DNA of 42,872 nt from Promethearchaeota archaeon (lineage in GTDB: Archaea; Asgardarchaeota; Lokiarchaeia; Sigyniarchaeales; SOKP01), in assembly GCA_048940645.1 (NCBI GenBank), contig JBHLOI010000029.1, positions 1 through 42,872 of the forward strand, given 5' to 3'. The position numbers and the translations under genes are program-made. The notes under the pieces are model-generated. The model saw only the letters and a list, made by a program, of their open reading frames with translations. It was not told the origin of the DNA and did not search any database. The stretch's first letter is position 1. Each line of letters begins with the position of its first letter. Below are positions 1 through 9,222 of this stretch, piece by piece.

Positions 1-73
1 TATTCTTTGTTTTATTGATAGAAATTTTGACGTACGTGGAGTTGAATTGGTGAATGTCACAGGTTGACTTAAA

Positions 74-1132
74 ATGACTGAAGAGAATGATATTAACGGA
101 AATTTTTTTTTTGAAGCTATAATAAAAAGGACTAAAACTGGAATTACATTTCCAAGAGATTTAAGGGATAGCCTATTTAAAGAAGGTAAAGATACATATT
201 TTCGTATTATTGTACCAAATGAAAAAGATAAGATCATATTAGAAATTCTAAATGAAGAAGAAATAGAATCTATTTCAGAAAAACTAAAAGTAAAGAAGGC
301 AGCAGTAAAAGCTAAAAAATCACCAGAGAAAATTACGAAATTCGAAAAAGAAGGTAAACTGACTCCCAACTGGGGAGAATACTTTGTTTATGATTTTAAA
401 AATCAGTCTAAAGTAAAACCTATTTTGGAATCAGCATTTTATAAATTTTCGGAAACTCCAATTAATTTAGAGGATGCTATGGGTCGTGTTAAATATGCAT
501 TGGTTTCTTTTTTAGAATCTACAAAGACCGAGAATGCAAAACTCTATTTTTCCGTAGCCCGATTTCTAATAGATATTATTGAAAAATTCAATCAACCTAA
601 TTTGTTAGATTGGATTTTTGAAAAAATAATTCCTAATATTGACAGCAAATTTCTCTATGAGCTTGTCCTTTTAGATCTTGTAGAATCTTCCCTTAAAGTA
701 AAAAGATGGGAGAAAGCAGAGTTATATATTTTTTACGTGTTAAAGAATATCGATGAGTATCCTAGCTCAGAAATGTATAATGTTATGAATAGTTTTAAAC
801 AGCTAGTAAAAAAAGTTAAAGATGTCGAGAGAAGTAAAAAAATAGATCTTTTACTTAAAGAAAAATTGATGGAATATGCTGAAAGTATCATTAAGGAAGA
901 TGTTGATTATAAAATTCAAATTATAGAATTTTTAGAGGATCTACAGTATATCGAACTTGCTTATAAACTTGCAAAAGAGCTTCAAAAGGGACTACCTCCT
1001 GAAAGCGTTAGAAATGATGAAGTTCGAAAACTTGTTAAAAGATTATATATAACACCTATAAGTGAAAATAAACCCCAATCTAGTATAGATTTCGATGAAA
1101 GAGATGAAGAAGAAAAAAAAGATATCGAATAA
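74..1132 (+). CDS. Hypothetical protein; possible AbrB/SpoVT-like N-terminal domain followed by an alpha-helical domain
   Basis: 352-aa ORF. N-terminal 'GITFPRDLRDSL...YFRIIV' resembles the AbrB/MazE 'GxITIPxxxRxxL' signature; the rest looks helical. Confidence 0.5.
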   Translation: MTEENDINGNFFFEAIIKRTKTGITFPRDLRDSLFKEGKDTYFRIIVPNEKDKIILEILNEEEIESISEKLKVKKAAVKAKKSPEKITKFEKEGKLTPNWGEYFVYDFKNQSKVKPILESAFYKFSETPINLEDAMGRVKYALVSFLESTKTENAKLYFSVARFLIDIIEKFNQPNLLDWIFEKIIPNIDSKFLYELVLLDLVESSLKVKRWEKAELYIFYVLKNIDEYPSSEMYNVMNSFKQLVKKVKDVERSKKIDLLLKEKLMEYAESIIKEDVDYKIQIIEFLEDLQYIELAYKLAKELQKGLPPESVRNDEVRKLVKRLYITPISENKPQSSIDFDERDEEEKKDIE

Positions 1133-1134
1133 AT

Positions 1135-2325
1135 TTAAGATTCAGAATCCTTTTCCTCTTGTTTTTTTTCTAATTCTTTAATACGTTGTTCCATTCGTTT
1201 CATCTCATCCTCCACTATTTTTTCCTTTATTTCTTCAATTTTTTTTTGTTGCAATTCTAATTCTACTTCAGATAACTCTCCTTCTCTTTCAAGTAATTCT
1301 TCTCTACGCTTTAGCAATTCTTCTTTCTTTTGGATTTCTATTTCTTCAATTTCCTTTTCTTTTGATTCTAACTCCAATTTCTTCTTCTTTAGTTCTAAAT
1401 CTTTTTTCTTTAATTCGATCTCTTTATCTAAAATCTCAGATTCTTCTTTTTGAATTTTTTTCTTAATCTTTTTTGGAATTTCAGGTAATTCTTTTTCAGA
1501 AGGAAGTAACTTTTCTTTTTCAATTATTTCCTCTTTTAATTTCTGTTCTTCTAATTCTAATTTCTTCTTTTTTAATTCAAGCTCTTTCTTTTTTAATTCA
1601 ATTTCTTTATCAATTATTTCTGTCTCTTTGTGTTCTAATTTTTCTTTCTCAGTAATTTCCTTTCCTTCTTCTTCAACAATCTCTTCAATTTTTTCAATCG
1701 AAACAATGGATTTTAAGATATTATCTACTGATTCCTTAACCTGCTCATTTTCAAGATTTTCTTTGGCATAATTCTTTATAACTTTGGTAACTAAAGATGG
1801 ATTTCTGTTACCAATTGCCTTTAAAGCTTGGATCGCTTTTTCAACAACAAAATCTTTTTCATCAGATAATTTCTCTGTAATTGTATTTATTAATGACTCA
1901 TTTTCGATTATGATATCTCCACCTGCCATAAAAATTAATAATTGTAAATCAGCTTCACGAACATTTGGGTCATCAGAATTTAACAAATCTTCACTAAAAG
2001 GAAAGAATAAATCCTGCTCGTTTTCACATACAGTTTTTAATAGTAATAAGAATGAATACCTTAACACAGAATCTTTCTTTGATAAATTTTCTAATAGGGA
2101 GGGAATATCGATAACTAACTGTTCAATTAAAAATCTTAATACAGTTCGCCCACCATGTAAAGTCAAAAGGGTTTCAATGAGATCTTCAAGACGATCTAGG
2201 TAATCTTCATCAGTAGAATCACCTAGAAAAAGCGCTATGATTTTTACTGCATCATCAAACCTTTCATCATTTACAAAATCCTTAATCTTCATAATTTCAG
2301 GATTTTTTTGCTCTTTTTCACTCGT
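1135..2325 (-). CDS. HEAT/ARM-repeat protein with long E/K-rich coiled-coil C-terminus
   Basis: HEAT-like 'LLNSDDPNVREA' and 'KLSDEKDFVVEKAIQALKAIG'; C-terminal half is E/K heptad-rich. ORF-track ATG is 2292, but the frame is open to ACG at 2325, 6 nt after an AAGGTGG SD (would give MSEKEQKNPEIM...). The start is inferred. Confidence 0.7.
   Translation of the reverse strand, partial: TSEKEQKNPEIMKIKDFVNDERFDDAVKIIALFLGDSTDEDYLDRLEDLIETLLTLHGGRTVLRFLIEQLVIDIPSLLENLSKKDSVLRYSFLLLLKTVCENEQDLFFPFSEDLLNSDDPNVREADLQLLIFMAGGDIIIENESLINTITEKLSDEKDFVVEKAIQALKAIGNRNPSLVTKVIKNYAKENLENEQVKESVDNILKSIVSIEKIEEIVEEEGKEITEKEKLEHKETEIIDKEIELKKKELELKKKKLELEEQKLKEEIIEKEKLLPSEKELPEIPKKIKKKIQKEESEILDKEIELKKKDLELKKKKLELESKEKEIEEIEIQKKEELLKRREELLEREGELSEVELELQQKKIEEIKEKIVEDEMKRMEQRIKELEKKQEEKDSES
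1370..1630 (-). repeat. Intragenic duplicated ~28-aa coiled-coil motif
   Basis: ETEIIDKEIELKKKELELKKKKLELE versus ESEILDKEIELKKKDLELKKKKLELE. Boundaries approximate. Confidence 0.75.
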
Positions 2326-2352
2326 ATTATTCCACCTTACTTTTTTTAATTT

Positions 2353-3285
2353 TTAAACCCATAATATATAAAAATCATTATACAACCGAAATATAATATT
2401 CAAAATTAATCTTAAATCTCTATATCTCAAATTCATAGATTCTAGTCCAATACATAATTTTATTGAAAAATTTCCTCGTTTGTCGATATATAAATTTATT
2501 TCTTTACAAAATTGACTTAAAGCATCCAGATCGTTAGGAAACACATTCCATAAATAATATTCTTTTTTATTCTCTTCATTTTCGATTGGAGTTTCACTAA
2601 TTTCGGATAGTGTTGCTTTTGGAATTATTGTAATAACTTCTACATGCTCATTAGGAACTAATCGTATTTTTACTTCGGGGAAGAAGATTTTGGAGAATAA
2701 ATCAATTAATCCTTTTAATAGTTCCAAACTTATGATGCTTTCTCTATTTGCGCTACATAGTACATATCCCTTGTCAATAAAAATTATATGAATTCTATCT
2801 CCATATTTAAAAATCATGTAATTTTTTTCTTTTGATATTAAATATTGAAAATCTTCATCTCTATTATTTATTCTATCATCAAAAATCTTTCTTGCTTCTT
2901 TAAATTCATTTTTAGAAAGGAATTTATTTAATTTTCTATAATCTCCATGAAAAAATACGTCTAGAAAATCTATTAGATATAAATATGCATCAAAAGGTCT
3001 ATATACTACCGTTTTATTTCTAAAATCACGTAATACAATATTTTTATGAACGCTATAGCAAAATTTAGGTTGATCCTCTATATTTAAATCACTTAATATC
3101 CGAAGTTTTAGTAGAAATCTTCTGGAACATAAAGGTGATAAAGTACATAATATACGATCCACTTGACATTCTTCAAAACATAGCTTATATATTCTCTTAT
3201 TAAGTAAATCTATTAATTCAGATCTAGTTTTCATGTCTGAATCATTTTCTAAAAACCTGTAAATATGTTCTGGTTCCAGAGGCAT
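2353..3285 (-). CDS. Hypothetical protein with N-terminal Cys cluster
   Basis: 310-aa ORF with C-x3-C-x6-C-x5-C (CFEECQVDRILCTLSPLC). No family recognised. Confidence 0.6.
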   Translation of the reverse strand: MPLEPEHIYRFLENDSDMKTRSELIDLLNKRIYKLCFEECQVDRILCTLSPLCSRRFLLKLRILSDLNIEDQPKFCYSVHKNIVLRDFRNKTVVYRPFDAYLYLIDFLDVFFHGDYRKLNKFLSKNEFKEARKIFDDRINNRDEDFQYLISKEKNYMIFKYGDRIHIIFIDKGYVLCSANRESIISLELLKGLIDLFSKIFFPEVKIRLVPNEHVEVITIIPKATLSEISETPIENEENKKEYYLWNVFPNDLDALSQFCKEINLYIDKRGNFSIKLCIGLESMNLRYRDLRLILNIIFRLYNDFYILWV

Positions 3286-3490
3286 AATTTATTGTATTCT
3301 GAAAGTCGAATGGATTTATATTTTATTTAAAAATTATATAACAAAGAATCTAAAATTTTTCTATAACTTTTAATTGGAATAAGAGAAATATCAAAATTAA
3401 AAGTAATGATATTAAAATATATTAATAAGTAATTTTTATATTTTTATTAAGAATAGAAGAAGGATTCCTAAAGAGAGATAGATTAAAAAA

Positions 3491-5017
3491 ATGTTAAGGC
3501 AACTTCACGTATTTCATAAAGGTGAACAAATTTATAATTATATCTATGCAATGGCTCTTGGAGATGAAGAATTAGAAAACGTAAAAAGGACTATTAAGTC
3601 TTATATAGATATGCCCTTACCCGGAAAGATATTTCAGAAGCCACTAGGAGAATTTCAACTTTTCCATAGAACTCTTGGAAATAATCTATTTTTAATGATA
3701 ACTGATTTAGTAGATAATCGTGAACATGTAGAAGAAATTCTAAGGTTGATAAGTAAGAATTTTAAAGAATATTTTCCTGATTTTAATGCTCTTAAGAAGA
3801 CTGATTTAAACCTAAAAGAATTTGAAAAATTCTTGCAAGATATGCAATATGAATTGCATTCAAAAATAGTTGTAGTTGGCCCTGTTGATTCTGGAAAGAC
3901 TACGTTATTTAATATGTTAAGAAGTAATGATGAAAAAAATATTATGAATTTTGCTAAATCTTCGGTGTTTCAAATTGATAACTTAAAATTCGATATATGG
4001 GATTTCCAGCTTAAAGATAATTTCTCATTATTATGGTCTAAATTTATAAGTGGAGCAGATTTAATATTACTCTTATTTGATTTATCAAATTATCATTTGC
4101 GTGTAATTAGTCATTTTATGGATCTACATCGAAATGAAGGTAAATTGTCGAAAATATTAATTATTGGCAATAAACGAGATTTAGTAAATAAGGAAGATAT
4201 TAAATTAATTCAAAATGAATTAGGAATTCCTAAATTTGAAGAAATTTCTCTAACAGAGCCTGATATTAAAGGAAAAATAATTCAATTAATATCTGAAATA
4301 ATGAAATTAAGAAAATCATTGCCTTCAAATTTTGAAGAGTTAAAGAAAAAAGCCGAAGATGCAAAAGCCGAAGGAAATCTGGTATTAGCTATGTCAAAAT
4401 ATAAAGAATTAATTACTATATGCAATATGTTTCAAGATTTTAAATATGTCGCGTCATTTAAACAATCTTTAAAGGAACTACAAGAAAAATTAGAAGAAGA
4501 AAAAAAAGTTAGACATGAGATTGAGAGTAAAAAGAAGTTTGAAATTCCAGGTCAAATTAAATTCACAAAACCTGTTACGGTTAAACCACTTCCATTAGAT
4601 AAATCTAAAATACGTTCAGAAATAACACCTAAAATTAGTAAACCAGAAATAGTACCTAAAATACATTCAGAAATAGCACCTAAAATTAGTAAACCAGAAA
4701 TAGCACCTAAAATGCGTCCAGAAATAACACCTAAAATTAGTAAACCAGAAATTGAAAAAGATGAATTAAAAATTAAAGAATCTGAGATAGGAAAGTTAAC
4801 TTTATTTAAACCTTCTGAAGAGACAGAAGAGGAGCTAACTCCTTCGAGAGAGTTTTCAAAGATATTAAAAGAATTAATTGAGAAGAAAGGAAGCTCTCTA
4901 AGTTTAAAATTGTGTGAACATTTAATAAACCAATTACAAACTACTTTAGGAAGAACATTAACCTTAGAAGACGTTGAAACTGCTGCTAAAATTTTTATTA
5001 AGCAAGATAACTTATAA
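3491..5017 (+). CDS. Longin-like domain fused to an atypical small GTPase, a helical/coiled-coil region and Pro/Lys repeats
   Basis: G1 GPVDSGKT, G4 NKRD, degenerate G3 (WDFQLK). The N-terminal ~120 aa has a longin-like pattern (LFLMITDLVDNREHVEEILRLISKNFKEYF). Confidence 0.75.
   Translation: MLRQLHVFHKGEQIYNYIYAMALGDEELENVKRTIKSYIDMPLPGKIFQKPLGEFQLFHRTLGNNLFLMITDLVDNREHVEEILRLISKNFKEYFPDFNALKKTDLNLKEFEKFLQDMQYELHSKIVVVGPVDSGKTTLFNMLRSNDEKNIMNFAKSSVFQIDNLKFDIWDFQLKDNFSLLWSKFISGADLILLLFDLSNYHLRVISHFMDLHRNEGKLSKILIIGNKRDLVNKEDIKLIQNELGIPKFEEISLTEPDIKGKIIQLISEIMKLRKSLPSNFEELKKKAEDAKAEGNLVLAMSKYKELITICNMFQDFKYVASFKQSLKELQEKLEEEKKVRHEIESKKKFEIPGQIKFTKPVTVKPLPLDKSKIRSEITPKISKPEIVPKIHSEIAPKISKPEIAPKMRPEITPKISKPEIEKDELKIKESEIGKLTLFKPSEETEEELTPSREFSKILKELIEKKGSSLSLKLCEHLINQLQTTLGRTLTLEDVETAAKIFIKQDNL
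4607..4753 (+). repeat. Intragenic 51-bp (17-aa) tandem repeat, ~2.9 copies
   Basis: KIRSEITPKISKPEIVP / KIHSEIAPKISKPEIAP / KMRPEITPKISKPEI. The DNA core cctaaaattagtaaaccagaaat is identical in all three copies. Confidence 0.9.
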
Positions 5018-5149
5018 AAAATCTCAAGAATTTTAAAAAAAACTTATTATTTAGTTCAACTAAAGTTCACAACCTACTTCTTTTAAAACGATTAAATATT
5101 CAAAAACCTATAATTAAATTTCTTGATATATAAAAAGAATGATATAATC

Positions 5150-6643
5150 ATGAGTGCAATAAAAGAACTTCGGGAATATTTTGAAGAAATAATGCGATTA
5201 AACTATATACAAAGCGCCTTAGGTTGGGATCAAGAAGTTAATATGCAAAATTACAAATCTTTAGAAGGTAGATCTAAACAAGTCTCCTTAATAGAAAAAT
5301 TAGTTCATAAAAGGTTAACTTCAGAAAAAGTTGGTAAATTAATAAAGGAAGCTGAAAAACTCTCTAATCTTAATGAAATTGAAAGCGCAATGCTTAGAGA
5401 GATTACTAGAGAGTATAATCTCGCAACTAAATTACCTGAAGAATTAGTTGTAGAAATCGCTGAAACTAGTATATTAGCTTCTAAAATCTGGAGAGAAGCT
5501 AGATCTAAAAGTGATTTTTCAAGTTACCAAAAGATCCTCGAAAAGAATATCGAATTACAAAAAGAAAAAGCAAGAAGGCTTGAAACCCATCCAGATGCAT
5601 ATTCTACTTTAATTGATTTATATGAACCTGGTGCTACATATGATTGGATTGCTAATGTTTTTAACCCTATAAAGTCGAAATTAATAGATTTTGTAAAAAG
5701 GTTAAATGCCTCTTCAAATAAACCTGATGATTCAATATTAAAAAAAAATTATGATCCAGACACACAGTTTAAGCTAAGTCGTGAAATTATAAAGAAATTG
5801 GATTTTGATTTCGGACATGGACGCCAAGATAAATCAACCCACCCATTTACATCATCACTCGCCTCCTTAGATACAAGAATCACTACAAGGACAACAGAAC
5901 CTTTTCCAGATTGTATTACTAGTACTATACACGAATGCGGGCATGCTCTTTATGAAATGGGTATTAAAGAAGAATTACATGATACAATTCTATGTGATGG
6001 TACTTCAATGGGAATTCATGAATCCCAATCAAGAATGTGGGAAAATTTAGTAGCTCGGAGTAAGGAATTTTGGGTGTATTGGTATCCTATTTTTCAAAAA
6101 TATTTCCCTCAGAATCTGAAAAACTATCCCATGGAGGAGTTCCATAGAGCTATAAATATTGTTCAACCATCGTATATAAGAGTAAATGCAGATGAAGTAA
6201 CATATGGACTACACATTATTTTACGATTTGAATTAGAGAAAGATCTAATAGATGAGAAAATTCAAGTAAAGGAATTACCAGAGTTATGGAACTCTAAATT
6301 TGAAGATTTATTAGGAATCATCCCGCCAAATGACGCTCAAGGAGTTTTACAAGATGTTCATTGGTCAATGGGCGCCATCGGTTACTTCCCAACCTACTTC
6401 TTGGGTAATTTATACGGGGCGCAAATTTATAATAATGCTTTAAAAAAATATCCTTCATTACCGGAAGATTATAAAAAAGGAGAATTTTCCACTCTTTTAA
6501 ATTATTTAAAAGAAAAGATACATCAACACGGAAAAATTTACAGAGCTTCTGATCTGATTAAGAAAGTTACTGGAGAGGATTTAAATCCGGATTACTTTTT
6601 AAAATATATTCAAAATAAATTTCCTCCGATTTATGGAATATAG
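5150..6643 (+). CDS. Carboxypeptidase Taq family (peptidase M32)
   Basis: HPFT, HECGHALYE (HExxH), HESQSR, IRVNADE and QDVHW motifs. ATG 5150 preferred over TTG 5123. Confidence 0.95.
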   Translation: MSAIKELREYFEEIMRLNYIQSALGWDQEVNMQNYKSLEGRSKQVSLIEKLVHKRLTSEKVGKLIKEAEKLSNLNEIESAMLREITREYNLATKLPEELVVEIAETSILASKIWREARSKSDFSSYQKILEKNIELQKEKARRLETHPDAYSTLIDLYEPGATYDWIANVFNPIKSKLIDFVKRLNASSNKPDDSILKKNYDPDTQFKLSREIIKKLDFDFGHGRQDKSTHPFTSSLASLDTRITTRTTEPFPDCITSTIHECGHALYEMGIKEELHDTILCDGTSMGIHESQSRMWENLVARSKEFWVYWYPIFQKYFPQNLKNYPMEEFHRAINIVQPSYIRVNADEVTYGLHIILRFELEKDLIDEKIQVKELPELWNSKFEDLLGIIPPNDAQGVLQDVHWSMGAIGYFPTYFLGNLYGAQIYNNALKKYPSLPEDYKKGEFSTLLNYLKEKIHQHGKIYRASDLIKKVTGEDLNPDYFLKYIQNKFPPIYGI

Positions 6644-6708
6644 TTTTTGACCAATTTTTTTTTTCTTTCTTTAAAAATACGTAAAGTTTTATCTAATAGT
6701 AGGAAAGA

Positions 6709-7308
6709 TTGTCGATGTTATTACATATAAAAAAGTTTTCTGAAAAACTATTACTTCCTTTAGGAAAGAAATTAATAAAAATCCCTGCTAATTTTTTTAC
6801 AATTTTGGGTTTAATTTCTTCAATTATAACGTTTTTTAGCTTTTTATATCAAAATCTCTTGATAATTATTATTTTCCTTTTTATAACTGAATTTTTTGAT
6901 CAATTGGATGGGGTCGTTGCTCGTCTTCAAGGTCCAACCAAATTCGGAGCTTTTTTGGATTCTACATTAGACAGAATTGGAGATTTCTTTATATTTATCG
7001 GTGTTTTTTTTGGAGGGTATACATCAATTGAAATTTGCATAATTGTTTTATTAGGTGCATTTTTAACATCTTATACACGAGCTAAAATTGAAGCTTTAGG
7101 CGTCATTAGTCTCTATGGAGTTGGATTAATTGAAAGGACAGATAGGATTCCTATTCTATTTATCGGAGCCATTTTTCAATTCTGGTTTCATAAGGCAATT
7201 TTTTGGACCATGATAATTTTAGCAATAGGGACGATTTTTACAGTAATCCAGCGAATGATTTATGCTTATAATAAGTTTACTATAAAGAAACAAAAAAAAT
7301 TAATTTGA
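6709..7308 (+). CDS. CDP-alcohol phosphatidyltransferase (archaetidylinositol-phosphate synthase-like)
   Basis: Signature DxxDGxxAR...GAFLDSTLDR; hydrophobic TM segments; SYTRAKIE motif. Confidence 0.9.
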   Translation: MSMLLHIKKFSEKLLLPLGKKLIKIPANFFTILGLISSIITFFSFLYQNLLIIIIFLFITEFFDQLDGVVARLQGPTKFGAFLDSTLDRIGDFFIFIGVFFGGYTSIEICIIVLLGAFLTSYTRAKIEALGVISLYGVGLIERTDRIPILFIGAIFQFWFHKAIFWTMIILAIGTIFTVIQRMIYAYNKFTIKKQKKLI

Positions 7309-7534
7309 AAAAGGTTTCAATCTTCCAGCAAAACCTCTTAGCTCATTTTCCTAATAATTTTCATATAGTTGAAAATAGCAAGTATTTAACGAATATAATT
7401 ATTTATTTTAATGCTATGGTTATTATTCTCATTTTCAAGTAGAGTTGAGTTCTTTTTTTAGCTCAAATTTATATATCTCTCTTGTTATAATTTATTAAAT
7501 TACATTCGGTTAAAAACCATCTTGTAATAAGAAC

Positions 7535-8503
7535 ATGATTGTTTCTGAGATAAACGTCAAACTAATTATTCTGGGCTACTGGGGCGTTGGAAAGACATCT
7601 ATTACAAATGCCTTCATGGATATAGAGATTCCGAATATGTATATCCCTACAATCGGTTCTAATATAATTAGAAAGGAATATAAATTAGACGATAAGTATG
7701 TTAAAGTAAATATCTGGGATATTGGAGGTCAAAGATCATTTAATCCACTCAACCCTGTTTTTTTTAGCAATATTGATGCTGCTTTTTTGGTTTTTGATTT
7801 AACAAATCCAAAAGAAACATTATTGGAGCTTAAACAAACATATCTAGAAAATCTAAGGAATAAATCTCCTGAATGTATAATTTTTTTAATTGGAAATAAG
7901 TCTGATTTACTTAAACCGGAAGATTCAGATGTCCTGTTAAATAATATTAGACAAAGTGATATAGGGGAATTACCATTACTTTTGATTTCGGCAAAAACAA
8001 AGGCTAATCTCTCAGAAACGTTTGAATTAATCATTTTTAAATATTTAAATAAGTTGGAAGAAGAAAGTAATAGTGAACAGTTTAAAGGAATTTCTAACAA
8101 GTTTACCAAATTAATACAAAAGAAAAATAATGAATTAATAAACCTAGTTGTAAATTTAGAAGATATAGATTCTACTAAATTAGAAAAGAAAATAACTCCT
8201 AAGATTGTAAAAAAAATTGTTTCCTCTGCTGAAGAAAAAGCTAAGGTTGAAAATGATATAATAGATTACTCAAACTTTCAAGCTAATCTAGTTGATTTCG
8301 ACTTAATCAAAAATAGTATAATTGGGACATTCAATAACAATTTAAATATAGTAAAAGATTTATTTCTCGGTTTAAAAAGCACTCCCATTGAATCTCTAAT
8401 AGAAAAAATCGAAAAAGCCTCTAAGGAGCTAAATCATCTTAAAAACGATTTTGAATTAAAATTAGATAATATTTTAAATATCACTTCTGATAAGGACGAG
8501 TGA
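7535..8503 (+). CDS. Rab/Ras-like small GTPase with C-terminal helical/coiled-coil extension
   Basis: G1 GYWGVGKTS, G2 YIPTIG, G3 WDIGGQ, G4 NKSD, G5 SAKT; about 150-aa extension. Confidence 0.9.
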   Translation: MIVSEINVKLIILGYWGVGKTSITNAFMDIEIPNMYIPTIGSNIIRKEYKLDDKYVKVNIWDIGGQRSFNPLNPVFFSNIDAAFLVFDLTNPKETLLELKQTYLENLRNKSPECIIFLIGNKSDLLKPEDSDVLLNNIRQSDIGELPLLLISAKTKANLSETFELIIFKYLNKLEEESNSEQFKGISNKFTKLIQKKNNELINLVVNLEDIDSTKLEKKITPKIVKKIVSSAEEKAKVENDIIDYSNFQANLVDFDLIKNSIIGTFNNNLNIVKDLFLGLKSTPIESLIEKIEKASKELNHLKNDFELKLDNILNITSDKDE

Positions 8504-8538
8504 AGATTTCATTTATAAAAATAGTATGGTGATATTAA

Positions 8539-9189
8539 ATCCCAAAAAAAGAAAAATTAGAAGAAATTACATCAAAAGATTTCCAAAACTTGGTAAATCA
8601 ATTGAATAAGATAGAAAATCAAATAAATATATTAAAAGCTATGCCAAAATCAATCCAGAATTTAACCAATAGGATTGAAAAAATTGAAAATAAACTTAAT
8701 CCTATGAAAACATTGCCCAAAGATGTTCAGGTTTTAATAGAAAAAACCAATAAATTGGATAGTGATATTAATACTATTAATAGAGAAATCTCTTTTAATA
8801 GAGAGCAAATTGAGGAAAAAATCAAAATACAAGAAGAAATCATAATGGATATGATTAAGAAATTTAATGATGAATTTCTTAAGCATAAGTCTGAAGTTTC
8901 AGAGGAAATGGAGACTATAAAAACTCAACAAGATGTATTAAAGATATCCTATGCTGTAAATGAAAACAAGCTCATTAGTAAAATTAAGTCATTAATTACA
9001 GCTGAATTAAAGAATAGAATTCAAGGGCAAGAAAGCGAAATTTTAATGAAGATGTGGATAGATGAATTTAAAGAGATTGCTAATAATTTTGAAAAACTAA
9101 AAAAACTTAAACCAAAAGAATTTAATTTAAGATTGAATGAAATTTTGAATACAATAGAACAATTTAAAGAAAAAATTCATACTTTTTAA
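8539..9189 (+). CDS. Coiled-coil protein
   Basis: Heptad-rich ORF. Track start is TTG 8590, but the frame is open to ATC 8539, 6 nt after GGTGA (MPKKEKLEEITSKDF...). The start is inferred. Confidence 0.65.
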   Translation: MPKKEKLEEITSKDFQNLVNQLNKIENQINILKAMPKSIQNLTNRIEKIENKLNPMKTLPKDVQVLIEKTNKLDSDINTINREISFNREQIEEKIKIQEEIIMDMIKKFNDEFLKHKSEVSEEMETIKTQQDVLKISYAVNENKLISKIKSLITAELKNRIQGQESEILMKMWIDEFKEIANNFEKLKKLKPKEFNLRLNEILNTIEQFKEKIHTF

Positions 9190-9222
9190 TAAAAATAGAT
9201 TAGATACAAAAGAAAAACTAAT

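Noticed and set aside
1473-2203. Plus-strand ORFs 1473-1655 and 1784-2203
   Set aside because: Antisense shadows of the HEAT/coiled-coil gene; their composition mirrors the opposite strand.
4607-4753. Repeat considered as a mini-CRISPR array
   Set aside because: It is an in-frame coding tandem repeat, the intervening segments are similar to each other, and no cas genes are present.
4850-5017. Histone-fold-like ending (GRTLTLEDVETAA) in the longin-GTPase
   Set aside because: The central helix is too short for a histone fold, and the similarity is limited to a short motif.
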